NCBI GenBank assembly: GCA_965238225.1
Contig: OZ250183.1
Coordinates: 352,001 to 416,000 of the forward strand
DNA length: 64,000 nucleotides
Origin: Gammaproteobacteria bacterium
GTDB lineage: Bacteria; Pseudomonadota; Gammaproteobacteria; Eutrophobiales; Eutrophobiaceae
Direction of reading: 5' to 3'
This document shows, in pieces, positions 43,406 through 55,166 of the stretch. Within the stretch, counting starts at the first letter, position 1; each line of letters starts with the position of its first letter. Made by a program: the position numbers and the translations under genes. The notes under the pieces are model-generated. The model worked only from the letters and a program-made list of their open reading frames with translations. It was not told the DNA's origin and searched no databases.

Positions 43406-44056
43406 ATGAACGGACAAAAACAACCCGATTATATTGTTGTTGAAGGCTCGATTGGTGTTGGGAAAACATCGCTGGCCAAGCGTCTTGCGACAACCTTTAA
43501 AACGGATATGATGCTTGAATTACCTACGGAAAATCCTTTTCTTGAACGTTTCTACGAAAACACGGAAACTGCAGCATTGCCGACACAGCTTTATTTTTTA
43601 TTTCAGCGCACCAAGCAACTTGAAATATTTCGTCAAGCAGATTTGTTTAGGCCGACTCAAATTTCAGATTTCCTGATTGATAAAGACAGGCTATTTGCCG
43701 AAGTGATACTAAAGAAAAATGAGTTTGATTTGTATCAGGAGGTTTACAATCGAGTAATGTTCGAGGCACCTATTCCTGATTTGGTCATTTATTTGCAGGC
43801 ACCAATTCGGGTTTTACTGAATAGGATTTTAGATCGAGGTATCCATTATGAAAGGCATATAAGCGAAGAGTATCTGACTAAAATTACCAATGCCTATATA
43901 GATTTTTTCTATCACTATAATAAATCACCTCTGCTTATTGTGAATACGGATGATTTTGATTTGGTTAACAATACAGATCATTATGCCATGCTGTTAGAAC
44001 AGATTTGTTGCCTAAAAACAGGCAAACACTATTTCAATCCAAAGGAAATTGCGTGA
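43406..44056 (+). CDS. Deoxynucleoside kinase family protein
   Basis: VEG.IGVGKT, NPFL..FY, QLYFLFQR, PDLVIYLQA, RI..RG..YE. Confidence 0.9.
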   Translation: MNGQKQPDYIVVEGSIGVGKTSLAKRLATTFKTDMMLELPTENPFLERFYENTETAALPTQLYFLFQRTKQLEIFRQADLFRPTQISDFLIDKDRLFAEVILKKNEFDLYQEVYNRVMFEAPIPDLVIYLQAPIRVLLNRILDRGIHYERHISEEYLTKITNAYIDFFYHYNKSPLLIVNTDDFDLVNNTDHYAMLLEQICCLKTGKHYFNPKEIA

Positions 44057-44850
44057 CAAAAGTTAGCATATCACGATTGATTGAAATGAAAGCTGCTGGG
44101 GAAAAGATAGTTTCTTTAACGGCTTATGATGCAAGTTTCGCGACTGTGCTTGATGAAGCAGGTATTGAAATTATTTTAGTGGGTGATTCTTTGGGCATGG
44201 TTTTGCATGGCGAAGACAATACTTTGAATGTCACCATGGAAGATATGATTTACCACACCAAGCAAGTTGTCAAAGGTTCAAAGAGTGCCATGATTATTAG
44301 CGATATGCCGCATAAAAGTTATCTGAATCCTGAACAAGCTTTGAGTAATAGCAGACGTTTGATTGAAGAAGGTGGTGCAGATGTTGTCAAATTAGAACGA
44401 GGAGATAGCAGTGTCTGCGATATGATACGACATATTGTTGCCCATGATATTCCTGTGTGCGCCCATTTAGGCTTAACTCCACAATCCATAGAGAATCTTG
44501 GCAGTTATAAAGTCCAAGGCAGGGATCCTGCTTCGGCAAAACAGATAAAACTAGATGCGCAGGCAGTACAAGCAGCGGGTGCTTCCATGTTGGTGCTTGA
44601 ATGTGTTCCCTCAGTATTGGCAGCAAGTATTACTACCGAAATTCGGATTCCAGTGATCGGTATTGGCGCAGGGTTAGAGTGTGATGGTCAGGTTTTGGTT
44701 ATATATGATCTTTTAGGGGTATCAGGTCGCCAACCGAAATCATCAAAAAATTTTCTTGCAGTGTCGTCTTCAATCCAAACTGCTGTTGACTTATACATTA
44801 CTGCTGTAAAGTCAGGTGATTTCCCAGCGATAGAACATCAGTTTAATTAA
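44053..44850 (+). CDS. panB: 3-methyl-2-oxobutanoate hydroxymethyltransferase
   Basis: LTAYDA, LVGDSLGM, HLGLTPQS, IGIGAG; GTG start at 44053 overlapping the upstream stop. Confidence 0.95.
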   Translation: MTKVSISRLIEMKAAGEKIVSLTAYDASFATVLDEAGIEIILVGDSLGMVLHGEDNTLNVTMEDMIYHTKQVVKGSKSAMIISDMPHKSYLNPEQALSNSRRLIEEGGADVVKLERGDSSVCDMIRHIVAHDIPVCAHLGLTPQSIENLGSYKVQGRDPASAKQIKLDAQAVQAAGASMLVLECVPSVLAASITTEIRIPVIGIGAGLECDGQVLVIYDLLGVSGRQPKSSKNFLAVSSSIQTAVDLYITAVKSGDFPAIEHQFN

Positions 44851-45692
44851 TGCAACAGCTTACTAAAATAAAAGCACTCAGAAGTTGTGTGCGAGCTTGG
44901 CATCAACTAGGTAAATCGGTGGCATTGGTGCCGACTATGGGTAATTTACATGTAGGACATCTGCAATTGGTCAAGAAAGCAAAGACTGTGTCTGATAAAA
45001 CAGTAGTTTCTATTTTTGTAAATCCCACACAATTCGTTGCGGGAGAAGATTTTGAAACTTATCCGCGTACAATTGAAGATGATGTTGAACACCTGAGTGC
45101 TATTTCGCCAGATCTAATATTTATTCCCGAAATTGATGAAATGTATCCTGACGGTTTCGAATGCGAAACTCAGGTGCTTGTGCCGGGGCTTGGCAATATT
45201 TTTTGTGGTGAATTTCGGCACGGGCATTTTACTGGTGTTGCGACAGTCGTCAGTAAATTGTTGAATATAGTTCAGCCGGATATCGCCTTTTTCGGAAACA
45301 AGGATTACCAACAGTTTCTGGTAATCAAAAAAATGGTAACTGATCTACATATCCCGATTGAGATCGTTGCTGTAGAGACTGTCAGGGAAGAAGATGGTTT
45401 GGCATTAAGCTCTCGCAATCGTTACCTTAACATACGGGAAAGAAAAATTGCTGCCGAGCTTTATAAAGCACTGTTAGAGGTAGCCGAGGCAGTGAAATCT
45501 GGAAAGGATGATTATCAAAAACTTGAGGCCAGTGCTATCGCTCATCTTGAAAGCAAAGGCTTTAAAATAGAATATTTGAACATCAGAAATACATCGAATC
45601 TGGGTGAGCCAACAGGCAAACAATTACTTGTATTAGCAGCAGCACGGCTTGGTAAGGCGCGACTTATTGATAATATCCAAATCAAGCGTTGA
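44850..45692 (+). CDS. panC: Pantoate--beta-alanine ligase
   Basis: PTMGNLH.GH, SIFVNPTQF, KDYQQ, GLALSSRN, RLIDN. Confidence 0.96.
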   Translation: MQQLTKIKALRSCVRAWHQLGKSVALVPTMGNLHVGHLQLVKKAKTVSDKTVVSIFVNPTQFVAGEDFETYPRTIEDDVEHLSAISPDLIFIPEIDEMYPDGFECETQVLVPGLGNIFCGEFRHGHFTGVATVVSKLLNIVQPDIAFFGNKDYQQFLVIKKMVTDLHIPIEIVAVETVREEDGLALSSRNRYLNIRERKIAAELYKALLEVAEAVKSGKDDYQKLEASAIAHLESKGFKIEYLNIRNTSNLGEPTGKQLLVLAAARLGKARLIDNIQIKR

Positions 45693-45784
45693 AGAGTGGG
45701 AAATTTTCCGCCATAATCTTATCCATCGTAAATTATTGCTTCAGTCTAGGTGCTTTAAATACAAAAACAAAGTCATAATTAAGT

Positions 45785-46165
45785 ATGCAACTTACTGTTC
45801 TTAAAGCAAAACTTCATCAGGCCAGTGTCACACATTCGAAGCTAGACTACGACGGCTCCTGCGCCATTGATAGTGTCTTGTTAGAAAAGGCTGGAATTCA
45901 TGAATATGAGCAAATCCAAGTCTACAACATTACCAATGGTGAGCGTTTTACCACTTATGCCATTCATGCTGAAAGAAAATCACGTATTATTTCCGTAAAT
46001 GGCGCCGCCGCCCACAAAGCAAACCCAGGGGACAGAGTGATTATTTGCAGCTATGCAAGATTGGACGAAAAGGAAATTGCAAGCCATAAGCCAACGCTTA
46101 TCTACATGGATAAAGAAAACAATATTACCCATATCAATAATCATATCCCGGTACAGGCTGCCTGA
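45785..46165 (+). CDS. panD: Aspartate 1-decarboxylase
   Basis: KAKLH, YDGS cleavage site, [15 protein letters not shown]. Confidence 0.96.
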   Translation: MQLTVLKAKLHQASVTHSKLDYDGSCAIDSVLLEKAGIHEYEQIQVYNITNGERFTTYAIHAERKSRIISVNGAAAHKANPGDRVIICSYARLDEKEIASHKPTLIYMDKENNITHINNHIPVQAA

Positions 46166-46198
46166 TTTTTAAGTTTGGTTTTGATTTAGGGATATTGA

Positions 46199-48526
46199 TC
46201 AATCAAATTCTAATGGGTACCAATCACTATTGGTATCGTATTCCTCATTGTCATTTAGTTTAAAAATACCATTTTGTGCTAACTTAACAATTCCGCCCCA
46301 TAATATTTGCTTTTTCGTAATAAAATTATCACTGGCATCTTTGTAAGTCTGCGTGCCAGAATTATTGGTAATATATCTTTGTAATGTTTCTGCCTTGTGT
46401 TTAGCAACTTCGGCAGTAATGCCGCTTTTGGTATCAAAAATACCAATTCTGTCACCTTGTTTAACAATGAAATCTGGGTAAAAAACACGATTTATATCCT
46501 GACTGTCTCTATACTCTATGCCGAATGCCTCACGCCCGCTATCAGCATTTTTATACCACCAATCTATATTATCTTGTTGCTCTAAAAAATCTATAAAAGT
46601 TTCCTCATCACCTTGACTATCTACATAGCATTTATCTAACACATATTTATTTGCTGTGTATTCTTGGTGATTATCACTATAGTGATATTCTGCCAGTATT
46701 TTAAAATCAAGTTCCTGCCTTTCCTTTTCTGCTTTTTTTGCAATTTCTTTTTCCCTAATAGGCTTATAAGCCGACAAAGCTTCCTCAATAACTTTCTTTA
46801 AAACACTGCCCGTTTCTTTATTTAAGTCATTGCTGATAGCAGCATAGCGTTTTTGATCATCTTCTATATAAGGTCTAAGCCAAACATTAAATGCTTGCTT
46901 TAGAGTTACCCATGAACGCGAAACATTGCCAAATTTAGAGTTCTCCTCTTGATTAGATAATTCTTTATAAAGTAATAATTCATAAAATTTACGCACATCG
47001 TTGTAAGATGATGCATGTGTTAGATAATCCACATCTCCTGCTAATTCTCTAATAAAATCATCATAAACTGCAATATCTGCATCAATAATCAATTGGTTGG
47101 TAATATTAGTTTTTGTGATATCAAAACCTTTATTATTTAATTTACTGGCAGCATTAGTGTAGTTTGATGCATCATCCTCTGTGAGATTAAAATATTCATT
47201 AGCCATCTCAAGGAATGTTTTCTGGAATGTCCAAGCTAAATTATTATAACTTGTTCTCCCTAAAAATACCGATGATAAATTTACGTTATCTACGCCTATT
47301 TTTAGTTTGGCAATCAAGTATTTTGGTAGGTTTTCGCCGTCTCTAGGCGTAGCATCCGATATTTCTTGTTTTTCATAAGAGGTATAACAATAAGCGTGGT
47401 TTAACTCAGGATTTTTATAATGTTTTGCCTCTGGCATTCTTAATATTCTCCCTAAAACTTGGGTTTTAAATACTGGGTTTCTCATCTCTCTAAAAGACAC
47501 TAAAATGCTAGCACGAGGGCAATCCCAACCTGTGGCAATAGCCTGTTTAAAAATTAACGCCTTAACCATTGAATACGGCTTAACAATATTCGCTAAATTT
47601 TCTTTTTTATTACTCAGCCAAATTGAGTAGTTAATGTTCTTTTCTTGTAAATATCTTTTACATAACTCTAATTTATTTTGCCCGTCATCAGTGGGTTTAT
47701 TTTTTTCGTCATTGGGTAATTGAATTAAAATTAATGGGTTGATATCAGCGTCAATGGCTTGATACGCTTGTGTTAATTGTTGTTGTTTTTCTAAGGCTAA
47801 ATCTAATAATAATTTATCTAAATCCTGTGCAGTATTTTGTGCCTCCACCTCCTCTTTAGGCATAATTTTAATACTTTCTTTAATTAAACCCTCAGCCACA
47901 ACTTCATTATTGTTAATTTGTACCAATCTCCCCTCATCATTATCTGCTTGCAACATATCAGGTATATGCTCTGGTGTAGCAGAAACATAAATAGATATTC
48001 TTGGGTTAATAATATTGGTAATTTTTTGGGCAAGTTCAGTACTTAGATTAAGATGTGATTCATCAACGATCATCACAATGGTGCGGTTCTCTAGGTGAGT
48101 ATTTTTAATGAAGGTATCAAATGAAATATTTGCCTCGCCATCAGTGCGTAATTTTTTATTTTCTCTTGCTCTTGAGATAATTTTTTCCCAATTAACAAAA
48201 AATATTTCGTGTTCTTTTAAAAAACCATTATTTAAGTCGTTTAAATCCAATAGATGATTGCTATGTCCATTGTAATAATCAGCCAATTTGTGCTTGGATT
48301 GTGTGGCTAATTCTCCTTTGGAAATCCAGACAAAAGCCATATCCGCATCAAAAAAACCATTAATACTGCATATTTGTTTTAAAAATTCTGCCATCATGAC
48401 GGTTTTACCACTGCCAGTTGGCGACTTAAAGGTTAAAAAAGCGTTAGGCTTGCCCGCTTTGTATAATTCAAAAAAAGCTTGTTTTAGTTCTGCAATCGCA
48501 TCTTCTTGAAACTGTTTTAAAAACAC
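46199..48526 (-). CDS. Type III restriction endonuclease Res subunit
   Basis: SF2 motifs SPTGSGKT, DESH, SAT, GWDCPRA, QVLGRILR; C-terminal FYPDFIV..IFDTK nuclease; TAGTG coupling to mod. Confidence 0.88.
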   Translation of the reverse strand: MFLKQFQEDAIAELKQAFFELYKAGKPNAFLTFKSPTGSGKTVMMAEFLKQICSINGFFDADMAFVWISKGELATQSKHKLADYYNGHSNHLLDLNDLNNGFLKEHEIFFVNWEKIISRARENKKLRTDGEANISFDTFIKNTHLENRTIVMIVDESHLNLSTELAQKITNIINPRISIYVSATPEHIPDMLQADNDEGRLVQINNNEVVAEGLIKESIKIMPKEEVEAQNTAQDLDKLLLDLALEKQQQLTQAYQAIDADINPLILIQLPNDEKNKPTDDGQNKLELCKRYLQEKNINYSIWLSNKKENLANIVKPYSMVKALIFKQAIATGWDCPRASILVSFREMRNPVFKTQVLGRILRMPEAKHYKNPELNHAYCYTSYEKQEISDATPRDGENLPKYLIAKLKIGVDNVNLSSVFLGRTSYNNLAWTFQKTFLEMANEYFNLTEDDASNYTNAASKLNNKGFDITKTNITNQLIIDADIAVYDDFIRELAGDVDYLTHASSYNDVRKFYELLLYKELSNQEENSKFGNVSRSWVTLKQAFNVWLRPYIEDDQKRYAAISNDLNKETGSVLKKVIEEALSAYKPIREKEIAKKAEKERQELDFKILAEYHYSDNHQEYTANKYVLDKCYVDSQGDEETFIDFLEQQDNIDWWYKNADSGREAFGIEYRDSQDINRVFYPDFIVKQGDRIGIFDTKSGITAEVAKHKAETLQRYITNNSGTQTYKDASDNFITKKQILWGGIVKLAQNGIFKLNDNEEYDTNSDWYPLEFD

Positions 48527-50262
48527 TAAATCACTCCAATGGTTTGGTAAATCTTTAAAATATGATTGGGGATCTCGGTTAGAGTAATATTATCAAACTC
48601 TGTAAAATCATCAGTTGATAAGTGAGGATAAGAATATAGCCTGCAAGGCTTGTCCAGCCCCACAAGAAAATCTATTAACTCACATAATGAGTTTGTATTT
48701 TCTGAGAAATAAATACCAGTTGCTTTTATTTCGGAGGTAAATATTTGATAAGAATCATTAGCCTTAATCTCATTAAAAGTATTTTCCTTTAATGCCAGTA
48801 CCACGCCAACACGATAAGAAAAGATAATTTTATCATTATCGGTGATCTCATCCATCTTCTCCTTGGGCACAAAATCAGTTTTTAGATAATGCAATGCTCC
48901 ACCTATGCCCTCAACGACTTTACCTTTTGGTGTGGTGTAGCCTTCAATGACTCGTTTTACCCGCTGGTAAGTAATATCCTCACAAATGCCATTTTCATTA
49001 TTGGTCGCTAAAATGCACTGACGATTCCCGCCGTCTTCTTTATTGAGTTCTAAAACAGCATGTGCGGTTGTTCCTGAGCCTGCAAAGAAATCTAAGACTA
49101 TTGCGTTTTGTTTGTTGCTACATGCTAGTATCGCTTCTTTAACTGCTCCAGTTGCTTTGGGATACTGAAAAATCTCTCTTTCCCCGAGTATTTTATCAAG
49201 TGTTCTCGTGCCATAATCACTTGCTGAAAATATAGAATCATACCAAACTGATTGAGATAGTCGTCCATCCAAACCTCCTCTAAACTTAAAATAAACTTGA
49301 TAATCGTGTTTGGTTTTTTTAACCCATAAATCGCCATTTTTATACATTTTATCAATTACATCCTTACCTTTACGCCAAATTCTTTGTTTATCCTCTGTGT
49401 CATTAGGTAATATCTTAATTTTTAATTTTTCAGATAAACTAACTTTCTCGGTCTTAGGATCAAAGTATATAGGGTAATATCTATTAGACAGTTTGCCTTT
49501 TTTATTTAAAGCATTACTGTCCACTCCCTGTTTTCTGAGATTGACAGGAAGATACCAAGTGCCGTCCGTATCTTTTTTATAATTATGACTTTTCTGCGAA
49601 GGGACTACAGGCAATTTCTTTATAGACGAATTTTTCGTGCAGCCAAAAAATAAAGCGTATTCATGTACAAGAGAAAATTTCCTCTTAGTCATTCTTCCTT
49701 TCGGATTGTTTCTTATAACCACAGAACCCAAATGATTAAATTCACTAAAAATTGTCTCCATTAATAACCACAATCTTGGCATTTCACAATCATCAATAGT
49801 TACGCAAATTATACCGCTAGGAGAAAGAATATTTTTAGCCAATTTTAATCGTTTTTCCATGAAAGACAGCCATTTGCTGTGTCGGTATTCGTCATCTTTG
49901 CCTACATAGTCATTATTATATTTCCAATCTCTAGCTCCAGTGTTATAAGGAGGGTCAATATAAATAACATCTATTTTCTTTTGATGAGTTACATTAAGAA
50001 CACTCAGGGTATGGTAATTATCACCCTCTATTAGAATATGCGGCTGTTGGTTGCCCTTACTGCTTGGTTTATTGATATCAGGGTATTTTTTATCTGCTTT
50101 TTTGCTTAAAACGGGATAGGCTTGTTGCGATTGTTCATCAAAAGCCTCGGGCTTATCCTCCCAAACCAAACCATACTTTTTCTGTTGCTTTAATTCGGTA
50201 TTCTCAGTTTCTAATTTTGCAATTTTATCTTCTAAGTTTGTAATTATTTGTTTGTTGTCCAT
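48526..50262 (-). CDS. Type III R-M DNA methyltransferase Mod subunit
   Basis: KKYGLVWE, IEGDNY, YIDPPYNTG before DFFAGSGTT (beta-class order); likely true ATG at 50262. Confidence 0.9.
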   Translation of the reverse strand: MDNKQIITNLEDKIAKLETENTELKQQKKYGLVWEDKPEAFDEQSQQAYPVLSKKADKKYPDINKPSSKGNQQPHILIEGDNYHTLSVLNVTHQKKIDVIYIDPPYNTGARDWKYNNDYVGKDDEYRHSKWLSFMEKRLKLAKNILSPSGIICVTIDDCEMPRLWLLMETIFSEFNHLGSVVIRNNPKGRMTKRKFSLVHEYALFFGCTKNSSIKKLPVVPSQKSHNYKKDTDGTWYLPVNLRKQGVDSNALNKKGKLSNRYYPIYFDPKTEKVSLSEKLKIKILPNDTEDKQRIWRKGKDVIDKMYKNGDLWVKKTKHDYQVYFKFRGGLDGRLSQSVWYDSIFSASDYGTRTLDKILGEREIFQYPKATGAVKEAILACSNKQNAIVLDFFAGSGTTAHAVLELNKEDGGNRQCILATNNENGICEDITYQRVKRVIEGYTTPKGKVVEGIGGALHYLKTDFVPKEKMDEITDNDKIIFSYRVGVVLALKENTFNEIKANDSYQIFTSEIKATGIYFSENTNSLCELIDFLVGLDKPCRLYSYPHLSTDDFTEFDNITLTEIPNHILKIYQTIGVI

Positions 50263-50303
50263 AGTGCATACTAACTCTGAGAAACCGTCATTGGATTGTA
50301 AAC

Positions 50304-50388
50304 TGGTACCAGTGGCCGGAATCGAACCGGCACTCCCGAAGGAACGTGGTTTTGAGTCACGCGTGTCTACCAATTCCACCACACTGGC
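50304..50388 (-). tRNA. tRNA-Leu (anticodon CAA)
   Basis: GCCAGTGTGGTGGAATTGGTAGACACGCGTGA-CTCAAAA-CCACGTTCCTTCGGGAGTGCCGGTTCGATTCCGGCCACTGGTACCA; 85 nt, long variable arm, CCA. Confidence 0.92.
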
Positions 50389-50692
50389 ATAAATTTTTGC
50401 AAGTTTTTAGCAAGATAAAAACAAATTCATACTTATTAATCATAGCAATTAGATATCATAAGACGCAGTCATTTTTGCAGCCGATGCGATCCTTGGCAAA
50501 AATCCTGTCTCCATGGCGTTTATGCTTTTTTTGTGCATAAGCTACTTATTTTTAGTTTAACAATTTCAGTCTACCAATTTTTCCCTGAAAATATCTGTCA
50601 TTTGGTAAGTGCTTTAAGTATATGTAAACTTAGCCCACGTTAAAACCTCTTTATTGCTGTCTTCTAACTGAATTTTGATACCATCGCACCTT

Positions 50693-51718
50693 ATGCGACG
50701 AAATGAATTTTCCTACCAATTATCCGAAGAGCTGATTGCTCAGTTTCCAAGTGAGCAAAGGGACAGTAGCCGATTGTTAGCAATGGAATGTTCATCTGGA
50801 CGATTAACAGACCTTGAATTTTCCAACCTGCTTGATTTGTTAAAGACAGGTGATCTACTGGTTTTTAATGATACTCGGGTGATTCCCGCAAGATTGCTTG
50901 GTCATAAAGAAACAGGAGGCAAGATTGAGATTCTATTAGAGAGAACTTTAGGCGACAGGCGGATGTTGGCACAGATTCGTGCAAGCAAATCACCAAGTTT
51001 AGGTAATTTGATTCATTTACAGGATGATATAAAACTTGAATTGATAGAAAGACAGGATGATATGTTTATCCTTGATGTGCTTGGTGAGATGAGCGTTTTG
51101 TCCCTCACGCAGCAGGTTGGGCGCATGCCGTTGCCGTCCTATATTCAACGTGATGATGATGTAGAGGATAAGGATAGGTATCAAACGGTTTATGCAAAAA
51201 ACCTTGGCGCCGTTGCTGCACCAACTGCGGGCTTACATTTCACTCACGAACTTATGCGAGAAATCACAGCGCAGGGGATTGACAGTGCTTTTGTCACTTT
51301 GCACGTTGGTGCTGGTACGTTTCAACCTGTTCGGGTTGATAATATCGAAGATCATCAAATGCATAGCGAATACCTCGAGGTATCATCGGACGTCTGTGAA
51401 AAAATTAAGCAATGTAAAAGTAGAGGAGGTCGAGTCATTGCTGTTGGTACCACTGTTGTCAGGTGCTTGGAGACGGCGGCGCAATCTGGATCATTAAAGC
51501 CATACCAAGGCGAGACTGATATTTTTATTTATCCTGGTTATAAATTTAAAGTAGTGAATGCGCTTATCACCAATTTTCATTTATCAGAATCTACTTTGTT
51601 AATGTTGGTTTCTGCATTTGCTGGCCGAGATAATATAATGGATGCTTATCAGCATGCGATAGATAAAGCCTATCGTTTTTTTAGTTATGGTGATGCTATG
51701 TTCATTTCGAAGAGCTAA
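50693..51718 (+). CDS. queA: S-adenosylmethionine:tRNA ribosyltransferase-isomerase
   Basis: LIAQ.P, FNDTRVIPARL, YQTVYA, AAPTAGLHF, LHVGAGTF, YRFFSYGD. Confidence 0.96.
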   Translation: MRRNEFSYQLSEELIAQFPSEQRDSSRLLAMECSSGRLTDLEFSNLLDLLKTGDLLVFNDTRVIPARLLGHKETGGKIEILLERTLGDRRMLAQIRASKSPSLGNLIHLQDDIKLELIERQDDMFILDVLGEMSVLSLTQQVGRMPLPSYIQRDDDVEDKDRYQTVYAKNLGAVAAPTAGLHFTHELMREITAQGIDSAFVTLHVGAGTFQPVRVDNIEDHQMHSEYLEVSSDVCEKIKQCKSRGGRVIAVGTTVVRCLETAAQSGSLKPYQGETDIFIYPGYKFKVVNALITNFHLSESTLLMLVSAFAGRDNIMDAYQHAIDKAYRFFSYGDAMFISKS

Positions 51719-51748
51719 GGATTAAGGGTAAAAATAAAAGATTGTTAG

Positions 51749-52870
<1,122 letters not shown>

Positions 52871-52922
52871 TTACTCGCTTTAATTTTTGTTAGTCCAAAT
52901 AACATTAGGAAACATTTAGGAA

Positions 52923-53249
52923 ATGCTAGAGTTTTTTACCAATAATGCATGGGCTGCGGACGCACCTGCACAGGGCGGTATCATGAGTCTTTTACCATTA
53001 TTTATTCTCTTTGCCGTATTTTGGTTCTTTCTTATCAGGCCACAAATGAAGCAAGCAAAAGAGCATAAAATCATGGTTGCAGCACTCGCCAAAGGTGATG
53101 AAGTTGTAACTACGGGGGGTCTACTGGGAAAAGTTAGGGAAGTTGGTGACAACTTCATTTTGCTTGAAGTTAGCAAAGAGGTTCAGATTAAAATACAGAG
53201 GAATGCCGTTTCAGTAATCATGCCTAAGGGCACAATCAAAATACTTTAA
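52923..53249 (+). CDS. yajC: Preprotein translocase subunit YajC
   Basis: FLIRPQ.K, KGDEVVT.GG, PKGTIK. Confidence 0.95.
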   Translation: MLEFFTNNAWAADAPAQGGIMSLLPLFILFAVFWFFLIRPQMKQAKEHKIMVAALAKGDEVVTTGGLLGKVREVGDNFILLEVSKEVQIKIQRNAVSVIMPKGTIKIL

Positions 53250-53275
53250 GACAAAAAACAGATTTAGATAGATTT

Positions 53276-55132
53276 ATGAATCGTTATTCTTTGTGGAAAT
53301 ATATTTTCATACTTATTGTTATGGCAGTGGGTGTGTTCTATGCCCTGCCGAATCTATATGGTAGTGCACCTGCAGTGCAAATCTCTGCGCCAAGTGCTGC
53401 AGAAGAAGTCAGCGAATTGACTGAGTTGCAAGTCAACATTGCATTAGATGATGCGGGTATAAAACCTGCATCTATGGAATTAGTTGGAGGTTTATTGACG
53501 GTTCGCTTTATTGATGAAGAAACCCAATTAAAAGCTCGGGATGCCTTGCAAGAAGAACTGGGAGCCGGCTATGTTGTGGCACTAAATCTTGCCCCTGCCA
53601 CACCTGATTGGTTACGAAACTTAGGCGCAGAACCCATGTTTCTTGGTCTTGATTTAAGGGGCGGCGTTCACTTTCTGATGGAAGTCGATATGGAGTCTGC
53701 CATTAAAACATCAGAAGAGCGTTATGTTTCAGATATACGCACACTCTTGCGTGAAAACAAGGTGCGTTATAAAACCATTACCCGGGAAAATGAAGGCGGC
53801 TTGCTGGTGAGGTATCGTGATATTGTCCAGAAAATAGACGGTGACAAACTAACCAAAGATAATTTTCGCGATCTGGAGGTTGTTAAAATAGAAACGGAAG
53901 AACCAGAAACCCGTTTAATACTAAACTCCGATGTGGTTAAAGAGACAAAGAAAAATGCTCTGCAACAAAATATCACCACGTTAAGAAAGCGTGTTAATGA
54001 ACTGGGTGTTGCCGAGCCTGTGATTCAACAACAGGGACTGAAACGTGTTGTAGTGCAATTGCCTGGCGTTCAGGATACTGCAAGGGCGAAGGAAATTCTT
54101 GGCGCAACGGCGACACTGGAATTTCGCTTAGTCGATGATGAGCATTCCCTTCAGGATGCTATCGATGGACCAGTGCCTGCAGGCTCACGTCTTTACAAGA
54201 ACAGAAGTGGTGGGCAGGTGCTATTGAAGAAACGCATCATGTTAACTGGTGAATCTATTATTGATGCAGCATCCGGCATTGATCAACGCTTTGGCAGTCC
54301 TGATGTTTCTATTACTTTGGATGGCAAAGGCGCCAAACAAATGAGTAATGCAACAGGCGATAATGTCGGTAAGCGTATGGCTGTTGTTTTTATAGAAACC
54401 AAGACAGAGACCATAGATGTGTACGGAGAGAAGATCAAGAAAAGGAAAAAAGTTGAGGAAGTCATTAATACTGCGACAATTCAGGAACAGCTAGGCAAAA
54501 GATTTCACATCACAGGCTTGGACTCAACACAGGGAGCCCGTAATCTAGCTTTATTACTGCGCGCTGGCGCGCTGGCTGCACCTATAGAAATTGTTGAAGA
54601 ACGTACCGTGGGTCCAAGCTTGGGCAAAGACAATATCGCCAAAGGCTTTAATTCAGTGAAGATTGGTTTTGTTCTGGTATTGATTTTTATGATAATTTAC
54701 TATCGTGTATTCGGTTTGTTTGCTGATATTGCATTGACTCTAAACTTAGTATTAATTATTTCTCTGCTGTCTTTATTACAAGCAACATTGACCTTGCCAG
54801 GTATTGCCGGGATTGTATTGACGGTGGGTATGGCGGTGGATGCCAATGTGCTTATTTTTGAGCGTATTCGCGAAGAGATTCGCAATGCAAATTCTCCACA
54901 AGCTAGCATCCATGCAGGTTATGAGAAAGCATTTTCAACCATTGCTGATGCCAATATTACAACCTTAATTGCAGCAATAGTGCTGTTTAGTTTTGGAACT
55001 GGGTCAATTAAAGGCTTCGCGGTGACACTGTCTTTAGGCATTGTCTGTTCCATGTTTACTGCCATTATGGTGACGCGCGCATTTGTTAATTTAACTTATG
55101 GCGGATGTAAGTTAGATAAACTAAGAATTTAG
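53276..55132 (+). CDS. secD: Protein translocase subunit SecD
   Basis: LGLDLRGGVHF, RVNELGVAEP, VGPSLG, MAVDANVLIFERIREE. Confidence 0.97.
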   Translation: MNRYSLWKYIFILIVMAVGVFYALPNLYGSAPAVQISAPSAAEEVSELTELQVNIALDDAGIKPASMELVGGLLTVRFIDEETQLKARDALQEELGAGYVVALNLAPATPDWLRNLGAEPMFLGLDLRGGVHFLMEVDMESAIKTSEERYVSDIRTLLRENKVRYKTITRENEGGLLVRYRDIVQKIDGDKLTKDNFRDLEVVKIETEEPETRLILNSDVVKETKKNALQQNITTLRKRVNELGVAEPVIQQQGLKRVVVQLPGVQDTARAKEILGATATLEFRLVDDEHSLQDAIDGPVPAGSRLYKNRSGGQVLLKKRIMLTGESIIDAASGIDQRFGSPDVSITLDGKGAKQMSNATGDNVGKRMAVVFIETKTETIDVYGEKIKKRKKVEEVINTATIQEQLGKRFHITGLDSTQGARNLALLLRAGALAAPIEIVEERTVGPSLGKDNIAKGFNSVKIGFVLVLIFMIIYYRVFGLFADIALTLNLVLIISLLSLLQATLTLPGIAGIVLTVGMAVDANVLIFERIREEIRNANSPQASIHAGYEKAFSTIADANITTLIAAIVLFSFGTGSIKGFAVTLSLGIVCSMFTAIMVTRAFVNLTYGGCKLDKLRI

Positions 55133-55166
55133 TGCTGCCAGACTACTGAAGAGTGAGACTAGAAGA

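Noticed and set aside
44005-44052. Long dgk/panB overlap suggested by the ORF track
   Set aside because: GTG at 44053 gives a normal PanB N-terminus with a 4-nt overlap
50263-50382. 40-codon N-terminal extension of the Mod ORF in the ORF track
   Set aside because: It is mostly the tRNA-Leu gene read in frame; the Mod-like sequence starts at ATG 50262
50569-50579. 11-bp repeat GTCTACCAATT matching the tRNA-Leu D-arm (50365-50375)
   Set aside because: Too short, on the 5' side of the tRNA and not its 3' end, so not a credible att site
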